Part shown: positions 29,809 through 40,075 of the stretch, one piece after another
Numbering within the stretch: position 1 is the first letter of the stretch
Layout: the number at the start of each line of letters is the position of its first letter
NCBI GenBank assembly: GCA_963697675.1
Contig: CAVOOW010000008.1
Coordinates: forward strand, 2,268-66,267
DNA: 64,000 nucleotides
Origin: an uncultured Actinomycetota bacterium
GTDB lineage: Bacteria; Actinomycetota; Actinomycetes; JACCUZ01
Direction: 5' to 3'
Notes under the pieces: model-generated
What the model saw: only the letters and a program-made list of their open reading frames with translations
Databases searched by the model: none
What the model was told of the DNA's origin: nothing
Position numbers and translations under genes: made by a program

Positions 29809-29988
29809 GTGTACTTCACCGACCGGGGCATCGAGGAGCTCGAGGGACGGCGCGGCGAGGAGTCCGTGACGCTCGGCTGGCTGTCGGGTCGGCTGCGCGA
29901 GTTCGTCGACCTCAACCCCGACTTCGAGATCCCCGTCGAGCGACTGGCCACCTGGCTGGCCCGCCTCGACGACGACGAGGACGACTGA
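29809..29988 (+). CDS. small acidic conserved protein (DUF6104-like), 59 aa
   Basis: GTG 29809 lies 7 nt after the kgd stop. The product is VYFTDRGIEELEGRRGEESVTLGWLSGRLREFVDLNPDFEIPVERLATWLARLDDDEDD. GC3 is high. It is below the ORF-track size cut-off. Confidence 0.55.
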   Translation: MYFTDRGIEELEGRRGEESVTLGWLSGRLREFVDLNPDFEIPVERLATWLARLDDDEDD

Positions 29989-30005
29989 CCGATCTGACCT
30001 GGCAC

Positions 30006-30060
30006 TTGACATCTGCCAAACGCGATATATCGTGGATCTCCACAGACGCGATACATCGTG
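30006..30060 (+). promoter_or_regulatory. promoter with two palindromic operator sites upstream of the DUF4097-PadR operon
   Basis: TTGACA (30006-30011), AACGCGATATATCGTGG (30019-30035) and GACGCGATACATCGTG (30045-30060). AGGAG and GTG 30077 follow. Confidence 0.55.
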
Positions 30061-30076
30061 AATAGGAGAATGAACA

Positions 30077-30892
30077 GTGACGCAGTGGCGGATCGACACT
30101 CCCCAGTCCCTCGACCTCGAAGGGGTACGCCGGCTCAACGTGCGCATGGTCGCCGGCAGCATCGACGTGGTGGGCAGCAGTGAGGCGGCGGCGACCGGTG
30201 GGGCCCACATCGAGGTCAGCAAGCTCGAGGGAGCCCTCACGGTCACCCTCGAAGGAGACACGCTGACGATCGCCCACGAGAAGCTCACCTGGGGCGGCCT
30301 GCTGGACTGGGTCGGCAACGTCGGCAACAACAAGGCCAGCGCGGTCGTGTCGGTCTCGGTGCCGGACGCCTGCCCGGTCGAGCTCGGCGTGGTCTCTGCC
30401 GACGCGGTCGTGTCGGGCATCACCGAGGACACGAAGGTCAAGAGCGTCTCCGGCAACGTGACGCTGGACGGCGTCAACGCCGACATCAGTGCCCAGACGG
30501 TGAGCGGCGACCTCGAGACCCGGCACCTCGACGGCAAGCTGCGCTTCACGACGGTGTCCGGCGATCTCACCGTTGTCGACGGCTCCACCGCGCAGGTGAA
30601 GGCCGAGACGGTGTCCGGCGACATCACTCTCGACCTCGACGTCCCGGCCGGTGCCCGGCTCGACCTGAACAGCGTGTCGGGCGACGTCACCCTGCGGCTG
30701 ACCGACTCCGCGAGCCTGCAGATCGAGGTCAAGACGATGAGCGGCAGCCTCGACAGCGCCTTCGACGGTGTCACCCGCAACGGCAAGCCAGGTCGCTCGA
30801 CGCTGCGCGGCAGCGTCGGGTCCGGCGACGGGTTCCTCCAGGCCAAGACCGTCTCCGGCGACGTCACACTTCTACGCCGAGCTACATCATGA
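30077..30892 (+). CDS. DUF4097 beta-helix protein (putative adhesin family)
   Basis: Repeated (V/M)SG(D/N)(V/I/L)T(L/V) strands. ATGA overlap with the PadR gene. Confidence 0.8.
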   Translation: MTQWRIDTPQSLDLEGVRRLNVRMVAGSIDVVGSSEAAATGGAHIEVSKLEGALTVTLEGDTLTIAHEKLTWGGLLDWVGNVGNNKASAVVSVSVPDACPVELGVVSADAVVSGITEDTKVKSVSGNVTLDGVNADISAQTVSGDLETRHLDGKLRFTTVSGDLTVVDGSTAQVKAETVSGDITLDLDVPAGARLDLNSVSGDVTLRLTDSASLQIEVKTMSGSLDSAFDGVTRNGKPGRSTLRGSVGSGDGFLQAKTVSGDVTLLRRATS

Positions 30893-31491
30893 GCCCTGTC
30901 TTCGGGCACGGCCGGCTCCGCCTCTACCTGCTCAAGCTGCTCGACGAGAGCCCCCGGCACGGCTACGACGTGATCCGCGAGCTCGAGGACCGGTTCATGG
31001 GCCTCTACACGCCGAGCGCCGGCACCGTCTATCCCCGGTTGGCCCGTCTCGAGTCCGAGGGGCTGGTCACCCACGAGGTCAACGAGGGCCGCAAGATCTA
31101 TCGCATCACGGATGCGGGGCGCGCCGAGCTGACCGAGCGGGCCGGCGAGCTCGACGACCTCGAGGCAGAGATCGCCGGCTCGGTGCGCGACCTCGCCACC
31201 GAGATCCGCACCGAGGTCCGGGGCTCGGTCAAGGACCTCCGGGCCGAGCTCAGGTCGGCCGCGAAGGACATGCGCCGGGAGAACCGCGCCGAGACCCGCG
31301 CCGAGAAACGGTCGGGCAGGCCAGAGGCCGCGGAGCTGGAACGGATGGCCGAGTGGGTGCGCGGCGAGGTGCGGGCACTGGCCCGCCGTGAGCTCCCCAC
31401 GGCAGAGCAGACGCGCGAGGTGCGCCAGGTGCTCGAGCACGCCCTTGCGGAGGTACGGCGCGTGCTCAGCGCGCCGCACGAGCGCGGCTGA
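30889..31491 (+). CDS. PadR family transcriptional regulator with long charged C-terminal helix
   Basis: LYLLKLLDESPRHGYDVIRELEDRF...SAGTVYPRLARLESEGLV winged helix. Confidence 0.85.
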   Translation: MSPVFGHGRLRLYLLKLLDESPRHGYDVIRELEDRFMGLYTPSAGTVYPRLARLESEGLVTHEVNEGRKIYRITDAGRAELTERAGELDDLEAEIAGSVRDLATEIRTEVRGSVKDLRAELRSAAKDMRRENRAETRAEKRSGRPEAAELERMAEWVRGEVRALARRELPTAEQTREVRQVLEHALAEVRRVLSAPHERG

Positions 31492-31503
31492 CCGTTCCGG
31501 TCG

Positions 31504-32559
31504 TCAGCCCGACCGGCGCGCCTCGCGGGCGGGCACAGCCTCAACCGGCGTGGGCTCGTAGAGCTCGAGCAGCCACTGCGGCACGCCGTCGCCGAAGGTG
31601 TCGTGTTCGGCGGACGTGCCCTCGAGCAGTGCCGAGCGATAGCTCAGCGCCCGGCTCACCCCGCCGACGCGCAGCGCGAGGCGGACGGCTTCCACCAGGT
31701 CAGCACGGTCGAACTCCCCTGTCCACGGTTCGAGGTATGCGTCGCGCAGCCGCAGCAGGGCGGCGTCGCCGGGCCGCAGGTCATGCAGGTTCTCGACTAC
31801 TCGCAGCGCCACCAGCAGCACGACGAACGGGTGGGCCACCGAGGCGTCTCCCCAGTCGAACGCCCGGTAGTGGCCGCCTGTGTGCTCAGGAACGAACACG
31901 TTGTTGTCGTGCAGGTCGTCGTGGTTCAGCGACGCCGGGACGCCGATCGCGGCGAGCTCGGCGCACAGCTGCGCATAGCGCTCGGCGTCGGCCTGCAGCA
32001 GGTGTCGTTGGTCCGGCGTGAGGCCACCGGGCCGGCCGATGCGCAGCGCGCTCGCGTCGTCGAGCAGGTCCGCCCTGACCTGCGGCAGCCGCTCCGGTCG
32101 CAGGTCCGGCACCCCGAGGGCGACCAGGTCACCGGCATGCGGCGCCAGCCGTCGTTGCAGCTCGGCGTGATCGGCCAGGATCGCCACCCAGCTGTCAAGC
32201 CGCGTCTCACCACCCTGCGCGGCCCGCAGCGTCGCGCCACCGTCGGGCAGCAACAACCAACCCCGACGGGGGTCGGTCGCCAGTGGTTCGACAACATGAC
32301 CCGGTGCCCACCGGTCGAGTGCATCGATCAACGGGGCTTCGTGGGCGGTGCCGATCGCGTTGGCCTTGAACCAGAAAACGCCGTCGTCCGTCGTCACACG
32401 CAGCACCGTGGACCAGGGTCGCAGATGGGTCTGCTCGGGCTCGCCGACCACCACGTACCCATGTTCGTTCAACCGCTCCGCCGCCCACGCCACAGCCCCA
32501 GCACGCCAGCGGGGGTCGCGCCAGCGGTGGCTCGCGAAGTCGGTCACCCGATCCGGCAC
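31504..32559 (-). CDS. phosphotransferase (APH/choline-kinase-like) family protein
   Basis: Catalytic loop LNHDDLHDNNVFV and FDWGDASVAHPF. Confidence 0.75.
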   Translation of the reverse strand: MPDRVTDFASHRWRDPRWRAGAVAWAAERLNEHGYVVVGEPEQTHLRPWSTVLRVTTDDGVFWFKANAIGTAHEAPLIDALDRWAPGHVVEPLATDPRRGWLLLPDGGATLRAAQGGETRLDSWVAILADHAELQRRLAPHAGDLVALGVPDLRPERLPQVRADLLDDASALRIGRPGGLTPDQRHLLQADAERYAQLCAELAAIGVPASLNHDDLHDNNVFVPEHTGGHYRAFDWGDASVAHPFVVLLVALRVVENLHDLRPGDAALLRLRDAYLEPWTGEFDRADLVEAVRLALRVGGVSRALSYRSALLEGTSAEHDTFGDGVPQWLLELYEPTPVEAVPAREARRSG

Positions 32560-32563
32560 CTGA

Positions 32564-33538
32564 TCACGCAGCCGGCCGGGTCAGCACCACCTTGCCGAAC
32601 ACGTCACCCGAGGCGAGCTTGGCGAAAGCCTCGCGCGCCTGCTCGAGCGGCAGTGCGGTGTCGATCTGCGGGCGGATGCCGGTGGACTCGCAGAACCGCG
32701 CAACCCGCAGCAGCTCGTCCCGGGTGCCCATCGTCGAGCCCACGACGCGCAGCTGCAGGAAGAAGACGCGGCGCAGATCGGTCACGGCCTGGTGACCCCC
32801 GGTCGCACCGGACACCACGATCGTGCCGCCCTGTGCCAGGCACTTGACGCTGTGGTCCCAGGTCGGAGCCCCGACCGTCTCCATCACCGCGTCGACCCGC
32901 TCGGGCAGCCGCGCCCCGCTCTCGAAAGCGGCGTCGGCACCGAGCTCGACTGCCCGGGCCCGCTTGGCCTCGTCGCGCCCGGTGACCCACATGCGATAGC
33001 CGGCCGCGTGGCCGATGGCGACCAGTGCCGTCGACACACCGCCCCCCGCGCCCTGCACGAGCACCGTGCCACCGGGCTGCACGCCCGACTTGGTGAACAG
33101 CATCCGGTAGGCCGTCAGCCAGGCGGTCGGCAGGCAGGCTGCCTCCTCCCAGGACAATCCCGGGGGCTTGGGCACGAGGTTGCGCCGGGGCACGACGACC
33201 ACGTCGGCCAGCGTGCCGTCATGGCGCTCCGAGAGCAGTGAGCGTTTCGGGTCGAGCGTCTCGTCACCGCGAAAGTCGGGATCGCCGATGACCGAGTGCA
33301 CGATCACCTCGTTGCCGTCCGGGTCGACGCCGGCGCCGTCGCAGCCGAGCACCATCGGGAGCGCCTCGGCCGACAGCCCGACGCCGCGCAGGCTCCACAG
33401 GTCGTGGTGGTTCAGGGCCGCAGCGCGCAGCCGCACCGCCACCCATCCGGCGGGCGGCTCCGGGGCGTCGCGCTCGCCGACCTCGAGCCCGGTCAGGGGG
33501 TCGTCGGGATCGAACCGGACCGCGCTGGCAGCAAGCAT
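32564..33538 (-). CDS. zinc-type (MDR) alcohol dehydrogenase / quinone oxidoreductase
   Basis: AAALNHHDLW, LGCDGAG and VLVQGAGGGVSTALV Rossmann motif. Confidence 0.85.
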   Translation of the reverse strand: MLAASAVRFDPDDPLTGLEVGERDAPEPPAGWVAVRLRAAALNHHDLWSLRGVGLSAEALPMVLGCDGAGVDPDGNEVIVHSVIGDPDFRGDETLDPKRSLLSERHDGTLADVVVVPRRNLVPKPPGLSWEEAACLPTAWLTAYRMLFTKSGVQPGGTVLVQGAGGGVSTALVAIGHAAGYRMWVTGRDEAKRARAVELGADAAFESGARLPERVDAVMETVGAPTWDHSVKCLAQGGTIVVSGATGGHQAVTDLRRVFFLQLRVVGSTMGTRDELLRVARFCESTGIRPQIDTALPLEQAREAFAKLASGDVFGKVVLTRPAA

Positions 33539-33677
33539 GCGCCGACCCTAACGAGCCCGGCTGACGCGCGACCTTCCGGCCCCGACACGCCGGGCGAGTC
33601 GCGGACAAAGGTCGCTCGCCCGGCTGATGCGCCCGGCTGACCGGTTCGCTCGCTGGTGGCAGAAACGCGAAAACGGA

Positions 33678-33744
33678 AACGCGATACATCTTGACTTTCG
33701 GCGAACGCGATATATCGTGGTTCTTGTAGACGCGATACATCGCG
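33678..33744 (+). promoter_or_regulatory. second copy of the PadR-operon promoter/operator module
   Basis: AACGCGATACATC (33678-33690), TTGACT (33691-33696), AACGCGATATATCGTGG (33704-33720) and GACGCGATACATCGCG (33729-33744). The order and spacing match those at 30006-30060. Confidence 0.55.
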
Positions 33745-33765
33745 ACCGATCTTCAGGAGGACAAG

Positions 33766-33930
33766 ATGACCAGCACCAGCAGCCCGGAACCCCGCAACAC
33801 CGGCTTCGCCACCATCCGTACCTGGGTGCGGGCGCCCTTCGGCACCCGCAGCGAGCGCAGCGCTCCCACCCGCCCCCGCGTCGGCCACGGCCACGAGCTG
33901 ACGCGCTACCAGCCGCCACCGCTGGTCTGA
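33766..33930 (+). CDS. hypothetical 54-aa protein
   Basis: ATG lies 5 nt after AGGAGGA. Third-codon positions are very GC-rich. The product is MTSTSSPEPRNTGFATIRTWVRAPFGTRSERSAPTRPRVGHGHELTRYQPPPLV. No family recognised. Confidence 0.45.
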   Translation: MTSTSSPEPRNTGFATIRTWVRAPFGTRSERSAPTRPRVGHGHELTRYQPPPLV

Positions 33931-33947
33931 GCCCGCTGATCGGCTCG

Positions 33948-35159
33948 TCAGCGCCGGGCCACGCCCTCCCGGCGAGCAGCGGCCGCGACCGCCGCCGAGA
34001 CGGCAGGTGCCACCCGCGGGTCGAAGGGGCTCGCCACGATGTTCGTCTCGCTCAGCTCGTCGGACACCACGGCAGCCAGGGCGTCGGCGGCGGCGAGCTT
34101 CATCCCCTCGGTGATCGACCGGGCCCGCACCGCAAGGGCTCCCCGGAACACCCCAGGGAAGGCGAGCACGTTGTTGATCTGGTTCGGGAAGTCGCTGCGG
34201 CCGGTCGCCACCACTCGCGCGTACCGCTTGGCGACGTCAGGGTGGATCTCGGGCTCGGGGTTCGCCAAGGCGAACACGATGGAGTTCCGGGCCATTGCCG
34301 CAACGGCGTGCTCGTGCACGACCCCGCCGGACACGCCGATGAAGACATCTGCACCGGTCAGTGAGTCGGCGAGCGAGCCGGTCAGGCCACCTTCGTTGGT
34401 GGCCCCCGCGAGCAGTCTCTTGACGTCGGTGAGGTCCTCTCGGCCGACGTGCACGACACCCTTGCTGTCGGAGACCGTGATGTCACCGATGCCGGCCTCG
34501 AGCAGGATCGTGGTCACGGCGACGCCGGCGGCGCCCGCCCCGGAGACGACCGCCCGCAGGTCACCCAACGACCGGCCGGTCAGCCGTGCTGCGTTGCGCA
34601 GCGCAGCGAGCACCACGATCGCGGTGCCGTGCTGGTCGTCGTGGAAGACCGGGATGTCGAGCAGTTCCTTGAGGCGGCTCTCGATCTCGAAGCAGCGCGG
34701 TGCGGAGATGTCCTCGAGGTTGATGCCGCCGAAGCCGGGCGCGATGCGCACGACCGTCTCGATGATCTCGTCGACGTCGCGCGTGTCGAGGCAGATCGGC
34801 ACGGCGTCGATGCCGCCGAACGCCTTGAAGAGCACCGCCTTGCCTTCCATGACGGGCAGCGAGGCGTGCGGGCCGATGTCACCGAGGCCCAGCACTGCGG
34901 TGCCGTCGGTGACGACGGCGACGACGTTGGACTTCCAGGTGAGCTCGTGCACCAGATCGGGCCGGGCGGCGATCGCCGAGCACACCCGCGCGACGCCTGG
35001 CGTGTACGCGAGTGACAGGTCGTCGCGGTTGCGCAGTGGCACCGTGGACCTGGTCTCGAGCTTGCCCCCCACGTGCAGATGGAACGCAGGGTCGTTGTCG
35101 TCGTAGGGCGCTGTTTCATCTGTGTGCTGCGCCATCAACTCAGCCACCGTTTCTTGCAT
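33948..35159 (-). CDS. NAD(P)-dependent malic enzyme (short type)
   Basis: ATG 35159 (MQETVAELM...). Motifs: [45 protein letters not shown]. Confidence 0.9.
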   Translation of the reverse strand: MQETVAELMAQHTDETAPYDDNDPAFHLHVGGKLETRSTVPLRNRDDLSLAYTPGVARVCSAIAARPDLVHELTWKSNVVAVVTDGTAVLGLGDIGPHASLPVMEGKAVLFKAFGGIDAVPICLDTRDVDEIIETVVRIAPGFGGINLEDISAPRCFEIESRLKELLDIPVFHDDQHGTAIVVLAALRNAARLTGRSLGDLRAVVSGAGAAGVAVTTILLEAGIGDITVSDSKGVVHVGREDLTDVKRLLAGATNEGGLTGSLADSLTGADVFIGVSGGVVHEHAVAAMARNSIVFALANPEPEIHPDVAKRYARVVATGRSDFPNQINNVLAFPGVFRGALAVRARSITEGMKLAAADALAAVVSDELSETNIVASPFDPRVAPAVSAAVAAAARREGVARR

Positions 35160-35308
35160 GTCTTCGGATCTCCCCGCACAGTGTCGACGAGCCACTCGTG
35201 GTCTCGACGGCGGATGACACGCGTTCGAGCCTGGCTCAAGGATGCGGGGGTTACCCGAGGTCACCGAGTCTGGCACAACCGGCACGCCGGACGGCAGGGC
35301 CCCTCCCG

Positions 35309-35653
35309 TTAGGGCGGCGGGGAAGGCGCGCGTCGCCGTACCCGGCCGATGCGCCGTGGCGGCCAGTAGCGCAGCCACGCGATCGCCACGACGTCGTGCT
35401 CGGGGATGGCACCGACCAGCCACGAGTCCACGCCCTCGGCCGGGTTGTCGCGCTCGACCCACCAGCCGTCCTCCGCCGGGAACGCGAGCCGCTTGACCGA
35501 CAGCGGCCGTCCCCCGGGCAGCCGTACGACCGCCACACAGCCGGCGCGCGGACGCCCGCCGGGCACGACCACCAACCGGTCGCCGTCACGCAGGGCCGGT
35601 TCCATCGATCGGCCGCGGACCACGACGTGGCTGATGGCTGGACGGGGGAACAC
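35309..35653 (-). CDS. sodX: nickel-type superoxide dismutase maturation protease (S26 family)
   Basis: VVVRGRSMEPALRDGDRLVV...SVKRL...WVERDNP...DSW. Divergent from sodN. The start is taken as in-frame GTG 35653. Confidence 0.7.
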   Translation of the reverse strand: MFPRPAISHVVVRGRSMEPALRDGDRLVVVPGGRPRAGCVAVVRLPGGRPLSVKRLAFPAEDGWWVERDNPAEGVDSWLVGAIPEHDVVAIAWLRYWPPRRIGRVRRRAPSPPP

Positions 35654-35785
35654 GCCGCCGATCTTGCCCGACAGGTCGCGGAACAGCGCAGGTATAAGCG
35701 TGGTTGGGCCGGGTAGACAGCCCTGAGCTGTCCGCGAGTAGTGTCCGACGACAGTCCCTGCCGCAACGTGAAAGGACCGACAAGC

Positions 35786-36199
35786 ATGCGCCTTCTCACC
35801 GCACTGACGAACCGCCTCGCACCTCTCGAGGTGCAGGCTCACTGCGACCTTCCCTGCGGTGTCTATGACCCCGCGCAGGCCCGCATCGAGGCCGAGTCGG
35901 TCAAGGCCATCTGCGAGAAGTACGCCGCGAATGACGACGCGGCCTTCCGGACCCGGGCCATCCTGATCAAGGAGCAGCGCTCCGAGCTGGTCAAGCACCA
36001 CCTGTGGGTGCTGTGGACCGACTACTTCAAGCCCCCGCACTTCGAGAAGTACCCCGAGCTGCACGGACTGTTCAACGAGGCCACCAAGCTCGCCGGCGCC
36101 GGCGGCACGAAGTCCAGCATGGACGCTGCAACAGCCCAGGACCTGCTCGACAAGATCGCTGCGATCGACAAGATCTTCTGGGAGACGAAGCAGGCCTAG
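35786..36199 (+). CDS. sodN: nickel-containing superoxide dismutase
   Basis: A 14-aa leader is followed by the Ni-hook HCDLPCGVYDP. GAAAGGA precedes ATG 35786. Confidence 0.95.
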   Translation: MRLLTALTNRLAPLEVQAHCDLPCGVYDPAQARIEAESVKAICEKYAANDDAAFRTRAILIKEQRSELVKHHLWVLWTDYFKPPHFEKYPELHGLFNEATKLAGAGGTKSSMDAATAQDLLDKIAAIDKIFWETKQA

Positions 36200-36235
36200 T
36201 CCCCTGCCTCGGGCCGGGTGGCCCGCTCCCGGTTG

Positions 36236-37219
36236 TCAGCGGCGGGCGATGATCGTCCACGCCCGCCCGTTGAAGTAGTCACCGAAGCCGTAGCGCTCGG
36301 CAAGCATCCGGCGGACATGCACGATCCGGATGTCCGAGCAGTGGCGGGCGATGCGCTCCGCCATGCGGTCCTTGCTCAGGACGTTGAAGTGGTAGGTGCG
36401 TCTGGGCCGGATCTCGTGGTCGGGCTGGTCGAGCATGTTGAAGAACGAGATCAGCACCCCGCGACGGGACACCCGGCAGAGCTCGTCGATGGCCCTGTTG
36501 AACGCCTTCGGCGACAGGTGCTCGAGAAAGTCGTGCGCCATCGCCCAGTCGTACGAGCCGTCGGCAGCCTCGATGTCCTGGGCGTCGCCCACCCGGAAGT
36601 CGGCGTCGGGAAACATCCGCTGGGCATTCGCGATGTTGTTCCTGGTCAGGTCGAAGCCCGTGTATAGGAGCAGCGGCGCCAGCCCGTAGCTGTCGAAACA
36701 GCGGTAGTCGTTCGCCGATCCGCACGCAGCCTCGATCACCGAAAGACGGCTTTTGGGCTCCGCTCGCAGCGCCTCGCTCCATGCTGCGGCAAAGCGACCC
36801 TGGTCCCCCACCACCTCGTCGTAGGCAGCCTGCCAAATGCCTGAGCGCTTGATCTCCGCCCAGTCCATGCCGTGCTCGACCGGCAGCTCGCGTTGGCGTT
36901 TCCGCAACGCCCGCTGCGTTTCCACAGCCCAGCGCATCTCTTCGTCCATGAGCTCATCGTGCGACGCCCCGTCGAGCTCCCTGATGAGCTCGTGACGCAC
37001 GAGGATGCTCTGCACGTTGAGGACAGGATTCTGATAGCTGCGGACGAGGTACCGCTTGAGGAACTTGGGCTTGGTGTCCACCCAGGCGCGTTCCAGCAGA
37101 TGCCTCTCGATCCGGCGCTCCACCCGGCCACCGACGGCCGACCCGACCGAGCGGGCGACGCGGCTGTAGCGCTCCCGTCGCCTGAACCATGCTGCGCTGT
37201 GCGTCTTCCGTGCGGCCAT
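36236..37219 (-). CDS. class I SAM-dependent methyltransferase
   Basis: Intact 327-aa ORF with motif I VIEAACGSANDY and motif II/III regions. Confidence 0.75.
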   Translation of the reverse strand: MAARKTHSAAWFRRRERYSRVARSVGSAVGGRVERRIERHLLERAWVDTKPKFLKRYLVRSYQNPVLNVQSILVRHELIRELDGASHDELMDEEMRWAVETQRALRKRQRELPVEHGMDWAEIKRSGIWQAAYDEVVGDQGRFAAAWSEALRAEPKSRLSVIEAACGSANDYRCFDSYGLAPLLLYTGFDLTRNNIANAQRMFPDADFRVGDAQDIEAADGSYDWAMAHDFLEHLSPKAFNRAIDELCRVSRRGVLISFFNMLDQPDHEIRPRRTYHFNVLSKDRMAERIARHCSDIRIVHVRRMLAERYGFGDYFNGRAWTIIARR

Positions 37220-37254
37220 CTCGGCACGTTACTAGGACTAGGCCGGTGCCCGTC

Positions 37255-38241
37255 TCAGCGGCGGGCGATGATCGTCCACGCCCGCCCGTTGTAGTAGTCG
37301 CCGAAGCCATAGCGCTCGGCGAGCATCGTGCGGACGTGCACCCACTGGATGTCTGAGCAGTGGCGGGCGAAGCGCTCCGCTATGCGGTCCTTGCTCAGTG
37401 CGTTGACGTGGTAGGTGCGTCTGGGCGTGATCTCGTGCTCGGGCTGGTCGAGCATGTAGAAGAACGAGATCAACACCCCTCGACGGGTCACCCTGCACAG
37501 CTCGTCGATGGCCCGGTTGAACGCGCTCGGCGACAGATGTTCCAGCAGGTCATGCGCAACCGCCCAGTCGTACGACTGGCCGCCAGCCTCGATGTCCTGG
37601 ACGTCGCCCACCCGGAAGTCGACGTCGGGAAACATCCGGTGGGCGTTGGCGATGTTCTGCTTGGTCAAGTCGAAACCGGTGTAGTCAAGCAGCGGCGCCA
37701 TGCCGTAGCGGTCGAGATAGCGGTAGTCGTTCGCCGATCCGCACGCGGCCTCGACCACCGACAAACGGGGGCCCGCCTCCCCGCCCAGCGCGTCGGTCCA
37801 CGCGGCTGCGAAGCGGTCCGGGTCCCCGATCGACCTCGTCGTAAGCGGCCTGCCACAGGCCAGCCCGTTTGATCTCCTTGAAGTCCATGCCGAGCTCGAC
37901 CTGCAGGTCACGCTTGCGTTTGCGCCAGCGCGCGGTGCTTCTCGGCGGCCCAGCGCAGCTCGTCGTCCATGAGCTCGTCGTGCGACCCACCGTCGATCTC
38001 CCTGATGAGCTCGTGCCGCGCGAGGATGCTCTGCACGTTGATGACCGGATTCTGATAGCCGCGGACGAGGTAAGTGCTCAGGCGCTCGGGATTGATGTCC
38101 GCCCAGGCTCGCTCAAGCAGATACCTTTCGATCCTGCGCTCCACCGGGCCGCCGATCGCCGTGCCGAACCGTCGCGCTATGCGGCTGCAGGCGCTCCCGT
38201 CGTCTGGCCCATGCTGCCCTGTGTGTCGTCCGTGCGGCCAT
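37255..38241 (-). pseudogene. tandem paralog of the preceding methyltransferase, three frame changes
   Basis: About 85% nt identity by eye to 36236-37254, including about 35 bp of upstream sequence. The reading frame switches near 38190, 37925 and 37830 (pieces in ORFs 38113..38892, 37908..38144, 37685..37990 and 37255..37911). Confidence 0.75.
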
Positions 38242-38266
38242 CTCGATCGGCACGTTACTAGGGTCG

Positions 38267-38986
38267 GTGCCCGTGAGCATCCTCGTCGTCACCGGAACCG
38301 GGACCGGTGTCGGCAAGACGGTTGTGACGGCGGCGGTCGCGGCGCTGGCGGTGGCACGTGGCATCCGTGTCGCGGTCGTGAAGCCGGCGCAGACCGGTGT
38401 CGGCGCGAACGAACCGGGCGACCTGGACGACGTACGCCGTCTCACGACTGTCGCCGACCTGCACGAGTTCGCCCGGCTGCCCGACGCGCTGTCCCCCGCC
38501 GCCGCCGCCCGTCGGGCGGGCGTGCCACCGCTCGACCTGGGCGAGGTTGCTGCCAGGGTCCGGGCGCTTGCCGCCGACCGCGACCTCGTCGTCGTGGAGG
38601 GCGCGGGAGGGCTTCTCGTGCGGTACGACGACGCGGGCTCGACGATTGCCGGGTTGGCCCGCCTGCTCGATGCCGAGGTTCTCGTAGTCGTCGACCCGTC
38701 GCTCGGCACCCTCAACCACACTGCCCTGACCCTCGAGGCCCTCGCCCATCGCGACCTGCGACTGTCGGGGGTGGTGATCGGCGCCTGGCCGGACGATCCC
38801 GACCTGGCCTGCCGCAGCAACATCCGCGACCTCGAGGCCCTCGCGGCACAGCCGCTCGCCGGGGCGATGCGCGCCGGCGCCGGTGTGCTCACGCCGCCGG
38901 AGTTCCTGCTCGCCGCGCGCGCCGGCTTGGGTCCGTCGTGGGGCGGCGACTTCGATGCGGCAGACTTCCGGCGTGCTTACGACTGA
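38267..38986 (+). CDS. bioD: dethiobiotin synthase
   Basis: [13 protein letters not shown]-loop, [11 protein letters not shown]. Confidence 0.9.
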   Translation: MPVSILVVTGTGTGVGKTVVTAAVAALAVARGIRVAVVKPAQTGVGANEPGDLDDVRRLTTVADLHEFARLPDALSPAAAARRAGVPPLDLGEVAARVRALAADRDLVVVEGAGGLLVRYDDAGSTIAGLARLLDAEVLVVVDPSLGTLNHTALTLEALAHRDLRLSGVVIGAWPDDPDLACRSNIRDLEALAAQPLAGAMRAGAGVLTPPEFLLAARAGLGPSWGGDFDAADFRRAYD

Positions 38987-39977
38987 GAGCGTCCTCGCGT
39001 CCGCCCGGTGGCAGGTGCTCGACGACGGGCACGGGCTCGGTGAAGCACAGGTCCTCGAGGTGCTGCGCCTGCCCGACGAGGACCTCCCCGCGCTCCTGGC
39101 TCTCGCCCACGAGGTGCGGCTGCGCTGGTGCGGACCCGAGGTCGAGGTCGAGGGCATCGTGTCGGTCAAGACCGGCGGCTGCCCCGAGGACTGCCACTTC
39201 TGCTCGCAGTCCGGGCTGTTCTCCTCACCCGTGCGGTCGGCATGGTTGGACATCCCGTCGCTGGTGCAGGCGGCCGTCGAGACCGCCGCGACCGGTGCGA
39301 CGGAGTTCTGCATCGTGGCCGCCGTGCGCGGGCCGGACAAGCGGCTCATGGCGCAGATGCGCGAAGGGGTCGCGGCCATCCGTGCTGCGGTCGAGATCAA
39401 TGTCGCGGCCTCGCTCGGGATGCTCACGCAGGAGCAGGTCGACGAGCTCAGGGACATGGGCATCCACCGCTACAACCACAACCTCGAGACCGCGCGCTCA
39501 CACTTCCCCGCGGTGGTGACCACGCACTCGTGGGAGGAGCGATGGTCGACCTTGACGATGGTCCGCGAGGCCGGCATGGAGGTCTGCTGCGGCGGCATCG
39601 TCGGCATGGGCGAGACGCTCGAACAGCGCGCCGAGTTCGCCGCGCAGCTGGCCGAGCTCGATCCCGACGAGGTGCCGCTCAACTTCCTCAACCCCCGGCC
39701 CGGCACGCCGTTCGGGGAGCTGCCCGTCATGTCCGGTCCCGAGGCGCTGCGGACCATCGCCGCGTTCCGGTTGGCGCTGCCCCGCACGATCCTGCGCTTC
39801 GCCGGCGGTCGGGAGATCACCCTCGGCGACCTGGGCACCCGCGACGGCATGCTCGGCGGCATCAACGCGGTCATCGTCGGTAACTACCTGACCACGCTCG
39901 GTCGCGATCCCGGCGACGACCTCGCCCTGCTGGGCGAGCTGGAGATGCCGATCAAGGCCCTCTCCGACACGCTCTGA
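38973..39977 (+). CDS. bioB: biotin synthase
   Basis: GTG 38973 overlaps the bioD end. Radical-SAM motif [11 protein letters not shown], and YNHNLET. Confidence 0.92.
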   Translation: MLTTESVLASARWQVLDDGHGLGEAQVLEVLRLPDEDLPALLALAHEVRLRWCGPEVEVEGIVSVKTGGCPEDCHFCSQSGLFSSPVRSAWLDIPSLVQAAVETAATGATEFCIVAAVRGPDKRLMAQMREGVAAIRAAVEINVAASLGMLTQEQVDELRDMGIHRYNHNLETARSHFPAVVTTHSWEERWSTLTMVREAGMEVCCGGIVGMGETLEQRAEFAAQLAELDPDEVPLNFLNPRPGTPFGELPVMSGPEALRTIAAFRLALPRTILRFAGGREITLGDLGTRDGMLGGINAVIVGNYLTTLGRDPGDDLALLGELEMPIKALSDTL

Positions 39978-40075
39978 GAGCGGGGCGAGCCTGACAAGTC
40001 ACCGCGTTCGGGGTTAGACGCACAGCAAGCGGGAAACCTTCGGCGGTCGCATTCCCTGCGCGCAGGAGCCCAGCC

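Noticed and set aside
35160-35462. The upstream 101 codons of ORF 33948..35462 as part of the malic enzyme.
   Set aside because: The malic-enzyme family sequence begins at MQETVAELM (ATG 35159). The extension is Arg/Pro/Gly-rich and overlaps the sodX 3' region.
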